Below are positions 23,698-33,181 of a DNA stretch of 64,000 bases, in pieces (within the stretch, counting starts at the first letter, position 1; the number at the start of each line of letters is the position of its first letter). The DNA lies in contig NZ_CP015125.1 of assembly GCF_001653755.1 (NCBI RefSeq), forward strand, positions 3,092,194 to 3,156,193, read 5' to 3'. Position numbers and translations under genes: made by a program. The notes beneath the pieces are model-generated. The model saw nothing but the letters and a program-made list of their open reading frames with translations, did not search any database and had not been told where the DNA came from. This DNA is from Dokdonia donghaensis DSW-1. Lineage in GTDB: Bacteria; Bacteroidota; Bacteroidia; Flavobacteriales; Flavobacteriaceae.

Positions 23698-23840
23698 ATC
23701 TATTGCTTTTAGACAAAAGTAACAATATTTATTAATACTATGCGTGCATATTAATATCTTAAATAAATGTTAATATTTAGTACTATGCGTAACAAAGTAC
23801 CTTTTTTTAGACATATATTTGCATAAGACATTAATAGACT

Positions 23841-24371
23841 ATGGAAACTAGCATACCCACACATCACAAAAATGTAGGAACATTAATACACCTTTCTACC
23901 TTCTGTAAATACCTTTTTCCTTTTGGAAATTTTATTGCGCCGCTCATTTTATGGAGCGCGCAAAAGCGCAACTCTTTATTTATAGACAAGCACGGTAGAG
24001 ATGCCATAAACTTTCAGCTCAGTATACTTTTATATTTTATTGCGCTGGCGGTAATAAGCATTCCGTTCTTTATTTACTTTATAGTAAGTGCTGGTGAGGG
24101 AAGCGCTAGCTTGCTTAACAATGGTTACATAAATGACCCTAGTGACTTTGCAGATCTAGGTGGTTTTCTCATCACTGCCATTGTGGTAGGTGTGCTGGCT
24201 ATAGGATTATTTCTTATAGAGATTATCACAGTAATTTCGGCAGCAGTGCAGGCATCACAAGGAGGCATTTACAAGTTTCCGCTTCTTATAAATTTTATCA
24301 AAGCTTCTGCCGTAGCAGAGACCCCAGATACTCAAGAGGACTCATCAACTCAAGAGCAACCTACTATATAA
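23841..24371 (+). CDS. DUF4870-like membrane protein
   Basis: Two hydrophobic hairpins. The N-terminus resembles DUF4870 proteins. Confidence 0.45.
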   Translation: METSIPTHHKNVGTLIHLSTFCKYLFPFGNFIAPLILWSAQKRNSLFIDKHGRDAINFQLSILLYFIALAVISIPFFIYFIVSAGEGSASLLNNGYINDPSDFADLGGFLITAIVVGVLAIGLFLIEIITVISAAVQASQGGIYKFPLLINFIKASAVAETPDTQEDSSTQEQPTI

Positions 24372-24389
24372 TGTAGTGGTATGACTATG

Positions 24390-24409
24390 TACGCTTTCGC
24401 GAAAGCGTA
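24390..24409. repeat. Perfect 20-bp palindrome TACGCTTTCGCGAAAGCGTA, intergenic, 3' of the DUF4870 gene and upstream of padR
   Basis: Seen directly in the sequence. Confidence 0.9.
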
Positions 24410-24483
24410 ACAACAATTAATCAATCACCTGACCCAAATCAGGACCAAAACGAACAGTTTAATGTATTTAAAAATGGAAATCT

Positions 24484-24825
24484 ATGAAGATTGAAAACAC
24501 CAAAGCGCAAATGCGAAAAGGCGTGCTAGAATACTGTATCCTCTCTGTATTAAAAGACGAAGATGCATATGTAGCAGAGATCTTAGGCACGCTTAAAGAC
24601 GCCAAGTTGCTGGTGGTAGAGGGTACAATTTACCCGCTTCTCACTAGACTTAAAAACGCTGGTTTACTCAACTATCGCTGGGAAGAATCTACCAGTGGTC
24701 CACCACGTAAATATTATGGACTTACCGAAACGGGTAAGATATTTTTAAAAGAACTCTCAACCACTTGGGATGAGTTACAGACAGCAGTAGCCGTAGTTAC
24801 ATCCACTAAAACCACAAAAAAATGA
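24484..24825 (+). CDS. PadR-family transcriptional regulator
   Basis: Winged HTH GVLEYCILSVLKDEDAYVAEI...GTIYPLLTRLKNAGLL. 113 aa. Confidence 0.85.
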   Translation: MKIENTKAQMRKGVLEYCILSVLKDEDAYVAEILGTLKDAKLLVVEGTIYPLLTRLKNAGLLNYRWEESTSGPPRKYYGLTETGKIFLKELSTTWDELQTAVAVVTSTKTTKK

Positions 24826-26618
24826 ACAAGACAGTTAATATAAATTTAGCAGGAGTATTTTTTCATATAGATGAGGATGCTTACGGTAAATTACAGAGAT
24901 ATCTCGCTGCCATCAAACGTTCTTTTGAAGGTATGCAAGGTGAAGATGAAATTATAGCAGATATAGAAGCTCGTATCTCTGAGCTATTTTCTGAGCGTAT
25001 TAAAGACGAGCGCCAGGTAATAGGCTCACAAGAGCTAGACGAGGTGATTGCTGTAATGGGACAACCAGAAGACTATATGGTAGATGACGATATTTTTGAA
25101 GATGAGCCTGCAGCTAGCAGCAACTCCTCAAAAAAGTCAAAACAAGCACCACGTATCGCACAACGCCGTTTTTACAGAGATACAGATAACGCTTACATAG
25201 GCGGTGTATCTAGCGGTATGGGGCACTATCTGGGTATAGATCCTTTATGGGTACGTATAGGCTGGGTGTTACTTATAGCGCTTACTTGGTTTACACTAGG
25301 AGGTACTGCACTTATCTATCTTGCCCTATGGGTTTTTGTGCCAGAGGCACAAACCACGGCAGATAAACTCGCAATGCGGGGAAAGGCAGTTAACATTGAC
25401 AATATCACAGAAAAAGTAAAAGAAGGATTTGAAAATGTGGCTGACACCGTAAAGAGTGTAGATTATGATAAGTATGGCAATAAAGTAAAAACAGGAGCTC
25501 AAGGTTTTTTCGGGACCATTGGTAAGATTATTATGTTTTTCTTTAAAGTCCTTGCAAAGATTATAGGGGTACTCCTTATTATAACTGGAGCTACCGTAGT
25601 TATCTCATTACTTATCACCTTCTTAACTGGTGGTGTAGTAGATATTTTCACCCCTAATCTAGCCGATTTACCGTGGGTAAATAATGAGACAGGACTGCCT
25701 ATCTGGCTTGTACTTCTTCTCACGTTATTTGCAGTTGGAATACCTTTCTTCTTCCTATTTTATTTAGGACTTAAGATTGTTTCTTCTAACTTAAAATCTA
25801 TGCCGGTGAGTGCAAAGCTTAGCCTCTTTGGTCTATGGCTTGTCTCTGCGATAGTAATAGGCGTATTTTCTGTAAAAGAAGCTATTAAGTATTCTAACAC
25901 AGAAACTGGTAAAGTAGTAGAGCGCACAGAGCTTGCGATAACGGCAAGTGACACGCTGCGCATACAGATGCGAGAGAGTGATCGTTATGAGATTCCTTTT
26001 GGGCGATCTACTGGATTTATGAGGACAATTAAGAGTGATACAGAAAATGTGACTATAGAGCGTGACGTACGTCTTATTGTGAGAAGTACTAAAGATAGTA
26101 ATGGCTACATCCAGATAGAAAAACGAGCAGATAACTTCACGTATGAAGAAGCACGTGAGCTAGCCTCATCTATACAGTATGATTTTAAACTAGAAGACGG
26201 TGTTTTATCACTAGATGGCTTTCTTACCTCACCTACTCAAAAATCATATGGCCACTGGAATGATCGCGAGGTACAAGTGATTGTATACCTTCCAGAAGGA
26301 ACTACCCTCATTGCAGATGATAATACGTACTCATACCACCGCAATGATAGTAGATACCGTGACATACTAGATAATGGAACAGAAGAGCAATACCTTACCG
26401 TGGGTAATGGCAAGCTTCTTTGTGACGGCTGTCCAGAAGATCGCAGTTATGATTACAATGATGATGATAACTCTTGGGAGCAATCTGGTAATGATTCTTG
26501 GGAAGAACGCAGTTATGAAGAAGGAGAAAATGCTCCAGAATGGGATCGTGAGCCAGAAGCACCCCAAGCTCCTACACCACCAGACACTCCTGACACAGAC
26601 GTGCTACGAAATAACTAA
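24822..26618 (+). CDS. PspC-domain membrane protein (stress-responsive, PadR-coupled)
   Basis: PspC domain RRFYRDTDNAYIGGVSSGMGHYLGIDPLWVRIGWVLL followed by TM helices and a large C-terminal domain. 4-nt overlap with padR. Confidence 0.8.
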   Translation: MNKTVNINLAGVFFHIDEDAYGKLQRYLAAIKRSFEGMQGEDEIIADIEARISELFSERIKDERQVIGSQELDEVIAVMGQPEDYMVDDDIFEDEPAASSNSSKKSKQAPRIAQRRFYRDTDNAYIGGVSSGMGHYLGIDPLWVRIGWVLLIALTWFTLGGTALIYLALWVFVPEAQTTADKLAMRGKAVNIDNITEKVKEGFENVADTVKSVDYDKYGNKVKTGAQGFFGTIGKIIMFFFKVLAKIIGVLLIITGATVVISLLITFLTGGVVDIFTPNLADLPWVNNETGLPIWLVLLLTLFAVGIPFFFLFYLGLKIVSSNLKSMPVSAKLSLFGLWLVSAIVIGVFSVKEAIKYSNTETGKVVERTELAITASDTLRIQMRESDRYEIPFGRSTGFMRTIKSDTENVTIERDVRLIVRSTKDSNGYIQIEKRADNFTYEEARELASSIQYDFKLEDGVLSLDGFLTSPTQKSYGHWNDREVQVIVYLPEGTTLIADDNTYSYHRNDSRYRDILDNGTEEQYLTVGNGKLLCDGCPEDRSYDYNDDDNSWEQSGNDSWEERSYEEGENAPEWDREPEAPQAPTPPDTPDTDVLRNN

Positions 26619-26624
26619 CCTACT

Positions 26625-27071
26625 ATGAAAAACCCAACCAATCTTCTTTGGATCCTGTTGCTGCTCCCCTTGATCGGAGTGGCGCAGGTGTCTGAGGATA
26701 GTAAACTTTATAAAGAAATTCTTGCTATAGACAGTGCTCTTTTTGGCTCATATAATAATTGTGATCTCGCAACTCACGAAGCGCTCATCTCAGAAGATCT
26801 TGAGTTTTATCACGACAAGGGTGGACTTTCTACTAGCAAAACAGAGTATATGAAGGCTCTCAAGGAGAATATTTGTAATAAAGTACAGAGAACACTTACT
26901 CCAGGCACCTTTGAGGTACACGAGATAGCGGGTTTTGGCGCGGTATCATTAGGAAAACATAGTTTTCATAACCTAGTAGAAGACAGCCATTCAGAACCAT
27001 CTAAGTTTATTACCATATTAAAAGACACCCCAAAAGGCTGGAAAATCACACGGGTGATAAGCTTGCACTAG
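26625..27071 (+). CDS. Secreted NTF2-like / DUF4440-family protein
   Basis: Signal peptide, 148 aa, SnoaL/NTF2-like pattern (low confidence). Confidence 0.45.
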   Translation: MKNPTNLLWILLLLPLIGVAQVSEDSKLYKEILAIDSALFGSYNNCDLATHEALISEDLEFYHDKGGLSTSKTEYMKALKENICNKVQRTLTPGTFEVHEIAGFGAVSLGKHSFHNLVEDSHSEPSKFITILKDTPKGWKITRVISLH

Positions 27072-27116
27072 CAATCTATACAACTCAGTCATAAATTACT
27101 ACAGTTGGGTAGGTTA

Positions 27117-27132
27117 CGCTTTCGCGAAAGCG
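27117..27132. repeat. Iterated palindrome copy, intergenic, 3' of the NTF2-like gene and upstream of the DUF2807 gene
   Basis: CGCTTTCGCGAAAGCG. Confidence 0.9.
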
Positions 27133-27210
27133 GACTTAGCTACATCTTTACATCATCAATCAAAAACAATCAATCAAACAAACGAACCAATCACCAAAAA
27201 TCCAATCATT

Positions 27211-27948
27211 ATGACAACGCTCATCAAAACAATTTTAGGAATCCTTACTGCTGTACTCGTCACCTCTTGTCAGTTTGACATTAATCTAGGGCAAATACAC
27301 GGCGACGGAAATGTAGTTACAGAAGATCTGAACATCACAGAAGACTTTGACGAAGTAGTCGCTGGAAATGGCTGGGAAGTATTTTTAGAAAAAGGAAGTA
27401 CAAACGGCGTAATACTGGAAGCAGACCAAAACCTAGTAGACGCTGCCGAAATTTATGTGAAAGACGGGAAGCTTAAAATATACTGCGAAGACAATATCAA
27501 AAGTGCTACCTCAAAAAAGGTGTTTGTAACCTACTCAGAAAATCTTACTGATGTGAGCGTAAATAGTGGTGCAAGTCTCACTACAAAGGAAACACTTACT
27601 GGAGATGATATTGAATTTGACGCATCTTCTGGAGGGACAATGCGCGTACAAGTTTCTGCAAAAAATGTAGAGACAGATGTAAGTAGCGGTGGCGTGGCAC
27701 GTATCTCTGGTAGTGCAGAGCGACTAGATGCTTCGGTTTCTAGTGGTGGTGTAGCAAGAATAAGTAAACTCAAATCTGTGAGTGCAAAGGCAGATGCTTC
27801 ATCTGGAGGCGTGATGGACGTTTACGCTTCTCAAGATCTTAAGGCGGAGGCCTCTTCTGGAGGAATCATAAATTACTACGGTAGCCCAAGAAATGTGGAT
27901 AAGCCTAAAAAAAGCTACTCTGGTGGGGTTATAAGAAGCAAAGAATAA
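27211..27948 (+). CDS. DUF2807 (Toast-rack / head-GIN domain) lipoprotein
   Basis: Lipobox LVTSCQF. Tandem SSGG(V/I)xxI repeats: DVSSGGVARISGSAERLDASVSSGGVARIS...ASSGGVMDV...ASSGGIINY. Confidence 0.65.
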   Translation: MTTLIKTILGILTAVLVTSCQFDINLGQIHGDGNVVTEDLNITEDFDEVVAGNGWEVFLEKGSTNGVILEADQNLVDAAEIYVKDGKLKIYCEDNIKSATSKKVFVTYSENLTDVSVNSGASLTTKETLTGDDIEFDASSGGTMRVQVSAKNVETDVSSGGVARISGSAERLDASVSSGGVARISKLKSVSAKADASSGGVMDVYASQDLKAEASSGGIINYYGSPRNVDKPKKSYSGGVIRSKE

Positions 27949-28028
27949 TTACAATAAATAACATCAATCAATCAACACAAAAAATGCTCGATACTATCGA
28001 GCATTTTTCTTTGTATAATAGTCAAGAG

Positions 28029-28784
28029 TTATAATCCAGCCTTTATTTTCATAAACTGGGCTTCTAGCAGTGCCATCTTTTCTTCTAGTCCATCTGCCAG
28101 TTCTGGCACTCTGTGATAGAAGACGTAGCGTATGCGCCAGAGTTCTTTAATTTCTTTTATAGGAAACTCTAGGTCGTCTATATTTTTATGATCTGCTCTT
28201 AGGGTAATAGTATTTCCAGAGAGATAGCAACGTCTTAATACTAGTCTATCATTAAAAACGGCTAGAATGAGATGTCCATTATTGAGCTTTTTATAAACGT
28301 TTTTTGGGATGTGCTCACCTATTACTATATCTTTTGGGAAGAGTCCTTTGTCATTACTACTCATCTCCAAGTTATCTACCGTAAAGGCTCTGAAATCTTT
28401 TTCTGGATTTACGGGTAGTTGTAACACAGGCATATCTGCTACAAAAGCTTCCCTGTCATTATATAATAGATAGTCATTTGTGTTTTTTGGTGTGATGCAA
28501 GGTATTGTAGCAAAGGTTTCCTTTGTAATCTGCTCGTGATCTGTAGTAAGGTCTGCTTTAAATTTGAGCAAACTATTTACAGTAAGCTCTTTTGTGAGCA
28601 AGTCATCTATAGGAATGCTAAAATAATTAGCAATTTTAATTATCGTATCTATTTTAGGTTCACTCCTACCCTCCTCATAAGCCCCTAACGTCCCTCTTTT
28701 CAGGTCAAAGAGCTCTGCAAACGACTGCTGACTAAGCGTCTTTACGGTTCTTATTTTTCGAATGTTTTTACCAAAGAATGACAT
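28029..28784 (-). CDS. XRE-family HTH regulator with C-terminal LexA/S24-like domain
   Basis: N-terminal HTH_XRE (IRKIRTVKTLSQQSFAELFDLKRGTLGAYEEGRSEPKIDTIIKIANYF). C-terminal beta-rich domain with a LexA-like LAVFNDRLVLRR segment; the catalytic Ser/Lys dyad was not confidently identified. Confidence 0.65.
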   Translation of the reverse strand: MSFFGKNIRKIRTVKTLSQQSFAELFDLKRGTLGAYEEGRSEPKIDTIIKIANYFSIPIDDLLTKELTVNSLLKFKADLTTDHEQITKETFATIPCITPKNTNDYLLYNDREAFVADMPVLQLPVNPEKDFRAFTVDNLEMSSNDKGLFPKDIVIGEHIPKNVYKKLNNGHLILAVFNDRLVLRRCYLSGNTITLRADHKNIDDLEFPIKEIKELWRIRYVFYHRVPELADGLEEKMALLEAQFMKIKAGL

Positions 28785-28792
28785 ATTTTGCT

Positions 28793-28817
28793 AATTTTAT
28801 TTGCAAATGACAAAATT
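28793..28817. promoter_or_regulatory. Palindromic candidate operator (aatttt-ATTTGCAAAT-gac-aaaatt) 15 bp upstream of the XRE/S24 regulator start, in the divergent promoter region
   Basis: 10-bp perfect palindrome ATTTGCAAAT with flanking inverted AATTTT/AAAATT. Located in the 265-bp divergent intergenic region between the repressor gene and the ybjN-pspA string. Confidence 0.35.
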
Positions 28818-29020
28818 GTTCGTATATTTACCTAACAATTTTAGCGAAAAGAATTCACTTATGCTAATTTATTTAGCTTTTTCGCAAAAGCGTAATAGCA
28901 TCATCAAACATTCATCAATCAAAAATCAAACATTATGACCACTTTAATTATTTACATCCTGAGCCACTTATAAACAATTGGGTATTTACAGAGACAAGTT
29001 TTCGTATTATTAACCTTCCA

Positions 29021-29446
29021 ATGTATTGGAACACAACATTGACACTCTTTATGAAGAACCACTTTACAATTATTCGAGATTTTTTATTAGAACTCAACTT
29101 TAATATCACTACAGAAAATACGGCAGATGGTATTATGGTTGTACAGAAGGAAAACTCAGGTATCAAAAACCTAATTCTGGGCATTGCTCCTCCTATTCTA
29201 ATTATCGAGCAATTTATTTTTACCATCAATAACCAGTCAGAAAAGATTTTTAAAAGTCTGCTGCAAAAAAACCGAGATATCATACACGGCGCTTTTGTAC
29301 TAGATGATACTGGTAAAAAGGTCATCTTTAGAGATACCCTACAGATAGAAAATCTTGACCTCAACGAGCTAGAGGGTAGCTTGAACTCCCTGAGTTTACT
29401 TATGAGTGAGTACTCAGAACAGATTATAGAATTTTCAAAATATTAA
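29021..29446 (+). CDS. YbjN-like (T3SS-chaperone-like fold) protein, PspA-associated
   Basis: About 130-140 aa acidic protein. The segment AFVLDDTGKKVIFRDTLQIENLDLNELEGSLNSL is typical of YbjN-family proteins. The stop is 11 nt before pspA. Alternative start at 29051 (MKNHF). Confidence 0.5.
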   Translation: MYWNTTLTLFMKNHFTIIRDFLLELNFNITTENTADGIMVVQKENSGIKNLILGIAPPILIIEQFIFTINNQSEKIFKSLLQKNRDIIHGAFVLDDTGKKVIFRDTLQIENLDLNELEGSLNSLSLLMSEYSEQIIEFSKY

Positions 29447-29457
29447 AAAACGACATT

Positions 29458-30171
29458 ATGAACATATTTAAACGACTTTTTAAAATAGGACAAGCAGAGG
29501 CAAATGCATCTATAGATAATATGGAAGATCCTATCAAGATGACAGAGCAAGGCATACGAGATATGAAAGAAGATCTAGCCAAAAGTGTAGAAGCAATGGC
29601 GCAAGTAAAAGCAATGGCCATACGCGCAAAAAACGAGCGTGACGAGCACGATGCAAAAGCAAAAGACTACGAGAGCAAAGCCATCGCTATTCTTAAAAAA
29701 GCACACGCAGGATCTATGGATGCAACAGATGCAGACAGACTAGCAAAAGAAGCCCTTGCCAAAAAAGAAGAAGCACAGTCACACGCCACTCGTGCTGGTG
29801 AGGATACTTCAAAATTTGAAGGGAATGTAGCTCAACTACAAGGTACTATCCAGACTATTAAAGATAACATAAGCAACTGGGAGAACGAGCTTAAAACACT
29901 CAAGGCACGTGTAAAAGTGAGCGATGCTACAAAGAATGTAAACAAGCAAATGGCTGCACTAGATAGTACAGGCACCGTGAGTATGCTAGAACGAATGAAA
30001 GAAAAAGTAGCGCAAGAAGAAGCTCTTGCAGAGGCTTATGGAGACATTGCAGATACTAATAAAAGTATAGATGATGAGATAAACGCTGCTGCAGATACTA
30101 GCGAGGAGAAAGTAGATGACGAGCTTGCAAAACTTAAAGAACAATTAGGGCTAGGTAAAGACAACGCCTAG
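29458..30171 (+). CDS. pspA: PspA/IM30/Vipp1-family protein (ESCRT-III superfamily)
   Basis: MNIFKRLFKIGQAEANASIDNMEDPIKMTEQGIRDMKEDLAKSVEAMAQVKA is the canonical PspA N-terminus. 237 aa, entirely coiled-coil. Confidence 0.85.
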   Translation: MNIFKRLFKIGQAEANASIDNMEDPIKMTEQGIRDMKEDLAKSVEAMAQVKAMAIRAKNERDEHDAKAKDYESKAIAILKKAHAGSMDATDADRLAKEALAKKEEAQSHATRAGEDTSKFEGNVAQLQGTIQTIKDNISNWENELKTLKARVKVSDATKNVNKQMAALDSTGTVSMLERMKEKVAQEEALAEAYGDIADTNKSIDDEINAAADTSEEKVDDELAKLKEQLGLGKDNA

Positions 30172-30199
30172 CCATCATAAACCTTAAAACCATCAACCA

Positions 30200-30913
30200 T
30201 TGGACAACTTTATAAATCTCATATTTTCAGAAGTTAATATCATCTTGAGCGTCTTATTGATACTCTTGATCATTTACTGGGTACTTACCTCGGTGAGCGG
30301 TATTGATTTTGACTACGATATGGACATCGACATAGATCTCGATGTAGATGTAGATGCAGATTTTGACATCAACACCGTAGACTCTGGCAGTATGGATTTT
30401 GAAGATGTCTCAAGTGCAGAGGTAGACAGGTCACACGTTGTAAATAAAAGACGTAAACCACTTAAGTGGTGGCAAGTATTTTTAATTTACTTCAACTTTG
30501 TAGGTCTTCCATTTATGTTCACCTTTACGGTATGGGTATTTTTATGGTGGCTTTGTACCCTAGTAACCACAAGTATTACTGGTAGCTATGCAACTAGTTT
30601 TGGTTACATACTTATGTTGAGCTGTATGATCCCTGCTTTGTTCCTTACTAAGATATTTACCACTCCATTTAAGTCATTTTTTAAAAACTTGAATAAAGAT
30701 GGTGATAAAGCTACAGACTTTCTAGGTCGTGACGCCGTGTTGCTATCTACCATTTCTGGAGATAAAATGGGTAACGCAGAGGTACTAGCAGATGGTAACC
30801 CGATGAGTATTTATGTAAAATCACTAGATGGGTCAGAAATACGCTTTCGCGAAAGCGTACTCATCATCAAACAGTCACCAGATAAAAATTACTTTTTAGT
30901 CAGTAAATATTAA
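30200..30913 (+). CDS. NfeD/YqiJ-like membrane protein (flotillin partner)
   Basis: N-terminal TM helix, acidic D-rich linker (DIDIDLDVDVDADFD), three TM helices and a C-terminal OB-fold-like tail (AEVLADGNPMSIYVKSLDGSEIRFRESVLIIKQ). Immediately precedes the flotillin gene, as yqiJ-yqiK does. Confidence 0.6.
   Translation: MDNFINLIFSEVNIILSVLLILLIIYWVLTSVSGIDFDYDMDIDIDLDVDVDADFDINTVDSGSMDFEDVSSAEVDRSHVVNKRRKPLKWWQVFLIYFNFVGLPFMFTFTVWVFLWWLCTLVTTSITGSYATSFGYILMLSCMIPALFLTKIFTTPFKSFFKNLNKDGDKATDFLGRDAVLLSTISGDKMGNAEVLADGNPMSIYVKSLDGSEIRFRESVLIIKQSPDKNYFLVSKY
30840..30859. repeat. Perfect 20-bp palindrome inside the NfeD-like CDS (frame FRES)
   Basis: TACGCTTTCGCGAAAGCGTA. The protein reads IRFRESVLI. 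Confidence 0.9.
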
Positions 30914-30967
30914 TTAAGCGTGTAAACGCACATTCATAATCAACCAAAAACAAAAATCATCAATTTT

Positions 30968-33034
30968 ATGGAAAACCTACCATCTATCGCCATCGCCCTC
31001 GTTGTAGGCATTGTGGCACTCATTGTTATTTACTTCCTCATCATTGCGATGTTCTACAAAAAGGTACATCAAGGTCAAGCCTTGGTTCGTACAGGTTTTG
31101 GCGGAACAAAAGTAGCGACAGATAAAGGGCTCTATGTGGTTCCTGTCTTTCACCGGGTAGAAGTAATGGATATTTCTGTAAAGAAAATTCAAATCGAACG
31201 TCTAGCGACCGAAGGTCTTATCTGTAAAGACAATATGCGTGCAGATATCAAGGTAGCCTTCTTTGTGCGTGTAAATAATGAAGTTGAGTACATTAAAAAA
31301 GTGGCGCAAACTATAGGTGTGCAACGTGCATCACGTCAAGAAACACTTGAAGACCTTTTTGAAGCAAAATTTTCTGAAGCGCTTAAAACCGTGGGTAAAA
31401 AGTTTGACTTTATACAGCTTTATGAGGCTCGTCGTGAGTTTCGCGATGAGATTGTAGACATTATAGGTACAGATCTTAATGGGTATACTCTTGAAGATTG
31501 TGCGATAGATTACCTAGAGCAAACTGCAGTCACACATCTTAAGGCAGATAACATACTTGATGCAGAAGGTATTAAGAAAATCACAGATCTTACAGCTGCA
31601 CAAAACATCAAAGCAAACCTTATTAAACGTGATGAGGAGAAAGTTATACGCAAGCAAGATGTAGAGGCTCGCGAGGCGATACTAGAACTAGATAAGCAAC
31701 TCGCCGAAAAAGAAGAACAGCAAAAACGTGAGATCTCAAACATAAAATCTCGTGAAGAGGCAGAGATTCTTAAAGTTGCCGAAGAAGAGCGTCTCAAGTC
31801 TGAAACCGCTCGCATTGCTACCGAAGAAAAAGTAAAAGTAGCCGAAGAGAATATGCAACGCCAGATCATCGTAGCTGAGAAAAACAAGCAACGTACAGAC
31901 AAGGTGGAGACAGAGCGTGTGGAGAAAGACCGTATGCTAGAACTTACCGAGAGAGAGCGCGTAGTGACACTAGCTCAAATTGAAAAAGAAAAAGTTGTTG
32001 AAGTTGAGAAAAAGAACATTCAAGATGTGATACGCGACCGCGTAATGCTCGAGAAAGGTGTGGTAGAGGAGCAAGAAAATATGAAAGATATTGAGGCTTT
32101 TAAAACTGCAGACCGTTCTAAGCAAGTAGCAATCACAAATGCAGAGGCAGCGGCTCAAGAAGATCTTATTAAGACCATAAAAGCAGCCGAAGCATCAAAA
32201 GAAGCAGCAAAACAAAAAGCCGAAGAGATTAATATCGAAGCACTAGCGCATAAGGAAGCAAGTGAAAAAGAAGCAGAAGCACGTAAAATTCTTGCCGAAG
32301 CACAAGCTAAGGAAGAAGCAACCGTGGGTATGTCTGAGGCACAAGTAATGCACGCTAAGGCAGATGCAAATGAGCGTCAAGGTATTGTTGAGGCAACCGT
32401 TATCGAGAAAAAGGCACTTGCAGAAGCTGCCGGAATTGAAGCAAAAGCTGAAGCAAAACGTAAGGATGGTCTTGCAGAGGCAGATGTGATTAAAGAAAAA
32501 GCCCTTGCAGATGCTGCAGGTATTGAAGAGAAGGCAAATGCTATGAAGAAACTTGACGGTGTAGGTAAAGAACACGAAGAGTTTAAACTACGTCTTGATA
32601 AAGAACTTCAGGTAGATCTTGCAGAGATTAATATCCAGAAAGATATTGCAGATGCCCAAGCACAGGTTATAGGCGATGCTCTTAAGGCTGCAAATATTGA
32701 TATTGTAGGTGGTGAGACAATGTTCTTTGACCAGATTATAGGGCAAATTACAAAGGCCAAAGGTTATGACAGACTCGTACACCACTCAGAAACGGTAACC
32801 GAAGTAAAAGATGCCATTTTAGGTAGTGATGATGTAAAAGGAAACTTGCTTGAAAAAGTAAAAGAATTTGCAGATAAGTACGGCATCTCTTCTGAAGATC
32901 TTAAAAATGTGACCATTGCAAACTTACTGATGGATTTAAAATCTAAATCTTCAGACAGCAGTGAGCAAACCTTATTCAGCAACCTATTTAACCTTGCAAA
33001 AGGATTAGGATTATCTGATAAGAAACTGAAATAA
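30968..33034 (+). CDS. Flotillin-family SPFH/Band-7 protein (YqiK-like) with long EA-rich coiled-coil
   Basis: N-terminal TM helix. SPFH domain (QALVRTGFGGTKVATDKGLYVVPVFHRVEVMDISVKKIQI...ADIKVAFFVRV). Several hundred residues of E/A/K-rich coiled coil. 688 aa. Confidence 0.85.
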   Translation: MENLPSIAIALVVGIVALIVIYFLIIAMFYKKVHQGQALVRTGFGGTKVATDKGLYVVPVFHRVEVMDISVKKIQIERLATEGLICKDNMRADIKVAFFVRVNNEVEYIKKVAQTIGVQRASRQETLEDLFEAKFSEALKTVGKKFDFIQLYEARREFRDEIVDIIGTDLNGYTLEDCAIDYLEQTAVTHLKADNILDAEGIKKITDLTAAQNIKANLIKRDEEKVIRKQDVEAREAILELDKQLAEKEEQQKREISNIKSREEAEILKVAEEERLKSETARIATEEKVKVAEENMQRQIIVAEKNKQRTDKVETERVEKDRMLELTERERVVTLAQIEKEKVVEVEKKNIQDVIRDRVMLEKGVVEEQENMKDIEAFKTADRSKQVAITNAEAAAQEDLIKTIKAAEASKEAAKQKAEEINIEALAHKEASEKEAEARKILAEAQAKEEATVGMSEAQVMHAKADANERQGIVEATVIEKKALAEAAGIEAKAEAKRKDGLAEADVIKEKALADAAGIEEKANAMKKLDGVGKEHEEFKLRLDKELQVDLAEINIQKDIADAQAQVIGDALKAANIDIVGGETMFFDQIIGQITKAKGYDRLVHHSETVTEVKDAILGSDDVKGNLLEKVKEFADKYGISSEDLKNVTIANLLMDLKSKSSDSSEQTLFSNLFNLAKGLGLSDKKLK

Positions 33035-33090
33035 AACTCAGTAAACAACGGCAGCTTGCACCCAGTGAGATGGCAAGCTGCTGGTTGTTT

Positions 33091-33112
33091 TTACGCTTTC
33101 GCGAAAGCGTAA
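33091..33112. repeat. Perfect 22-bp palindrome TTACGCTTTCGCGAAAGCGTAA, intergenic between flotillin and the giant AAA+ gene
   Basis: Seen directly in the sequence. 57 nt after the flotillin stop and 70 nt before the giant gene start. Confidence 0.9.
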
Positions 33113-33181
33113 TTACTACTACATCTCACAACTTTCATCACAAGAATCAATCAACAAACCAACGATTAGTTTCCAACATTT

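Noticed and set aside
28948-29364. 138-aa minus-strand ORF overlapping the ybjN-like gene
   Set aside because: Antisense to a better-supported gene and to the divergent promoter region. Composition is cysteine- and serine-rich with no motifs. Likely spurious.
31510-32575. Minus-strand ORFs (130 aa, 62 aa, 110 aa) inside the flotillin gene
   Set aside because: Artefacts of the low-complexity GAA/GCA-rich coiled-coil coding region. The translations are Ser/Cys/Phe-rich nonsense.
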